Below are positions 61,058 through 64,000 of a DNA stretch of 64,000 nucleotides, piece after piece (the stretch's first letter is position 1; each line of letters starts with the position of its first letter). The DNA lies in the NCBI GenBank assembly GCA_963769935.1, contig CAVYNY010000028.1:1-64000 (forward strand), read 5' to 3'. The notes below the pieces were generated by a model. It saw nothing but the letters and a program-made list of their open reading frames with translations, had not been told where the DNA came from and did not search any database. Source of the DNA: an uncultured delta proteobacterium (lineage in GTDB: Bacteria > Desulfobacterota > Desulfobacteria > Desulfobacterales > JAFDCJ01). A program made the translations under genes and the position numbers.

Positions 61058-62540
61058 ATGAGAGATACGGTTATCAAGACGGTTGGGATATGCAAGAACT
61101 TCTCCAGCGTGACTGCTCTGGACAATTTGAGCTTTGAAATGAATGTGGGGGAAGTCCATGCGCTTCTGGGGGAGAACGGGGCAGGCAAAACGACCTTTGT
61201 GAAAATTCTCACGCGTGAGCTGCAAGAAGACTCTGGTGAGATTTACCTGCGGGATGAGGATGCCCGGGATTATCGGTCCGGCAAATACAGGACAAGGGTC
61301 TGGCCATGGTGCCCAGGCAATCAATCTGGTAGAAATGTTCACCGTGGCTATGAATATCATGCTTGGCATAGAACCGGTTCGGACAAGTTTTTAAAATGGA
61401 AAAATTACACGCCGAGGCCTGGTTCATCTCTCCCAAAATTACGGATCGGCTCGATGTCTGCTGCAAGGTCAGCGAATTGAGTGTCGCGGAAAAACAATCG
61501 GTATCCTTGGCAAGAGCCCTCGCAAGAAACCCGAAAGTCCTTATTCTTGATAAATCTACTGCTTCGCTTGGGGACCGGGTGACACGCGAATTTTCTTCAG
61601 TCCTGAGACAACTGAAAAAAGAGAGGACTTCCATTCTTTACATTTCAGATCGCCTGCAGGAAATTTTCGACCTGGCCGAAAAGGTCTCCGTGCTCGTGAT
61701 GGCAAAAAAGTAGGTACTTACTCGATCTCTGAAACGAACGAGGAAGAGCTGATCGGTCGATGATCGGCCAATCTCTGAAGGCAATGATCCCTAAAATAAA
61801 GGTTCCCATACCCAGGAAATACTGCGTGTCTGAGGATCCATATCAAGAATCGAAATGTAAGGGATGTTCCTTCACGGCAAAATCCGGTGAGATCCTTGGG
61901 ATCGTGGGCACTCTGTAAGCCGGTAAAAGCGAGATCCTGCATTCGATCTTCGGGCTGGAGCCCTTTCTGGCCGGCGAAGTTTTTGTAGATGGAAAAAAAA
62001 TGAATATAACCGAACCGCAGGCGGTGATCAGAATGGTCAGCCCTCATTCCTGAAGAGCGACGTGATGCGCTCGTCATGGAGCATCCATCGTGCGAAACAT
62101 CACTCTGGCGAGTTTGACAGCGTATGTTCGGTAGGGTGCGGGCAATCAGCTGTCTCTCTATTGAGGAATGTATGTGAATGCGGTAGGAAGAGAGCCCTTC
62201 GATAGCAGCTTTCTATGAAAAAAAATCTGTCGGCTCTCTCCAAGCGGTGGTAATTCAGCAGAAAACTGCTCAGATCGTGCTGGCTTAGCACTTTGGCTGA
62301 AGATTGATCCCCTGGATGAACCGAACGAAAGGAAATCTATGTCGGCGCAAGTAGCAAATATATGGACTAATCGGTACTCTGGTTAAGGATGGGGCGGCTG
62401 TCATATATGCCATGAACGAGATAAACGAAGCGTCTGAACTCTGTGATAAGGTGAGAGTGCTGCACCGGTGTCAAGTTGCGCGGAGCTTAAGTGTCCGGAA
62501 ACAAACAGGAAGAGCTTCTACTCCTGATGCTAGGCGGAAA
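61058..62540 (+). pseudogene. sugar ABC ATPase (RbsA-like), degraded
   Basis: VHALLGENGAGKT; LSVAEKQ...LILDKST; second NBD fragments with many indels and stops. Confidence 0.85.
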
Positions 62541-62545
62541 GCGAG

Positions 62546-63506
62546 ATGCATAATAGCAATTGGCGTGAATTCATTTTGACCTGGGGGACCTTTTTGGCTT
62601 TTTGTCTGCTGTTTGTGGTTTTTGCGCTGTAGGCGATTCCCGGATTCGCCAGCTGGAGCAATGCCGAAAACATCTTCAAGCAGACGGCTGTACTCCTGCT
62701 AATGTCCTTCGGGTTGCTTTTGCCCATGATTGCAGGTGAAATCGATATCTCTTTCGGGGCAGTATCGGTATGGCAGGTGCTTTGTTCGCATCTTTGGCAG
62801 TCAACGGACAACCGGTTTTAGGTGCCGTGACGGCAATTGCCGTCTGTACGCTATTCGGCATTGTCAATGGTATTTTTATAGCGATCTTCAAGATGCACTC
62901 ATTTCTGGTGACACTTGCCACAATGTTCATCGGTATGGGGGCCGAGCGGGTTTACACCCACGGCTTTAATATCTGGGTAAAAGATCTGAAGCTGCTTGGC
63001 ATCTTTAACGGGTATGCCATTGGCGTGCCGAACAGCATCCTTATTATTATGATAGCCTTCGCGTTGCTATGGCTATGGGCGTCAAAACCCGCAGCGGAAT
63101 CTACATGCGGGCCGTCGGTGAAAACATTGAGGCGTCCCGCGAAACGGGAATAAATGTGGTTGCGATCAAGATCCTATCGTTTACTTTGGCAGGACTGTTC
63201 TACGGATTGGGGTCCATTTTGAACGTGCTCAGGGTTTCAGGCTCGTTGGCTTATTCCGGGCAGAATTTACTTCTCCCCACTATGGCCGTCTGCTTTATCG
63301 GCGCGACCATGTTTACGGCTCCGAAAAAAAATGTTCCCGGCAATCTGGTGGGGGCCTTTTTTCTGACTTTGATCACAAACGGACTGACCATTTTCGGTGC
63401 TGAATATTATTTTATTCCAATTTCTCACGGAATCCTGCTGCTAACCGCTGTGGTCGTAGCGAACCTCGGCAAAAGCGGGCTTAAAATAGAGCAAGTCAAA
63501 TTTTAG
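62546..63506 (+). pseudogene. sugar ABC permease (RbsC-like), degraded
   Basis: In-frame TAG near 62630; GEIDISFG, SFLVTLA and AVGENIEAS in different frames. Confidence 0.85.
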
Positions 63507-63539
63507 CTCCTATCACAAGCCGGAAGGGAATCTGTATTG

Positions 63540-64000
63540 AGCACTATACAACCGCCCTTAATTTAGGCCCGATCAAAGAGGCTTGGGGCCGAATAGGCAT
63601 TATCACCGTCTTTGTGGTTTTCATCGGCATAATCGCAACCATCGAGCCGCAGTTCCTGTCCCGTGGAAACCTGATGGACATCGTGACTGTGGCCTACATT
63701 TATCTTCTGATTTCCTTTGGTGAAACCTTCGTTATCGGTGCGGGGGAGTTTATTTTTCAGTTGGGCACATAGCGGGGTTTTCCTCAATCGTCAGTTCTCT
63801 GCTGATGAGCAATGCAGGCTTTCCGGTCTGGATAGCCGTTGTTCTGGGAATTTTAACCGGATTGATTCTCGGCATCATTAACGGATTTATTGTCGGCTGG
63901 CTGGGTGTGGATTCCTTTGTCACGACGCTGAGCACGATGTTTTTGATAACAGGGGCAAAATATTGGATGACAGGTGGAATGTCGGTCATGTACCTGCCCG
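63540..64000 (+). pseudogene. second sugar ABC permease, degraded, runs off the window
   Basis: GLILGIINGFIVGWLGVDSFVTTLSTM; upstream part disrupted; start approximate. Confidence 0.7.

Noticed and set aside
62620..62640. In-frame TAG in the permease as pyrrolysine recoding
   Set aside because: The gene and its neighbours carry many other lesions; ordinary decay explains it

Overview
The window looks like the chromosome of an anaerobic deltaproteobacterium (Desulfobacterota-like gene content; inferred, not searched). All product calls come from motifs recognised by eye. In order it holds: (1) a sigma-54-driven periplasmic redox cluster at 1.8-8.5 kb (PepSY protein, CuA protein, pentaheme cytochrome c, type-1-copper cupredoxin, CcdA/TlpA, and a CuA + NapH/NosH-like Fe-S membrane fusion) with no oxidase subunit I or NosZ; (2) housekeeping genes mixed with deletion remnants (Fe-ADH, aromatic amino acid decarboxylase); (3) a type II secretion operon gspFGHIJKLMNCDE; (4) a TAXI-TRAP transporter, an FAD oxidoreductase and a proline-racemase-family gene; (5) an ECF sigma/ZAS anti-sigma/metal-sensor locus with two MacB/Lol-type ABC modules and chrA; (6) a GT2, hrpA, and a CoA-disulfide-reductase/NADH-oxidase-family gene whose catalytic codon 42 is an in-frame TGA followed by a SECIS-like hairpin (probable selenoprotein, mis-called by the ORF track); (7) a decaying accessory region from about 52.5 kb with two tyrosine-recombinase pseudogenes, an integron-cassette-like DUF4160/DUF2442 pair, a CHASE sensor between ~210-bp direct repeats, and frameshifted SGNH and sugar-ABC genes. 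Degenerate 7/8-mer repeat arms occupy many junctions and have also entered coding sequence. No rRNA, tRNA or CRISPR array was recognised.
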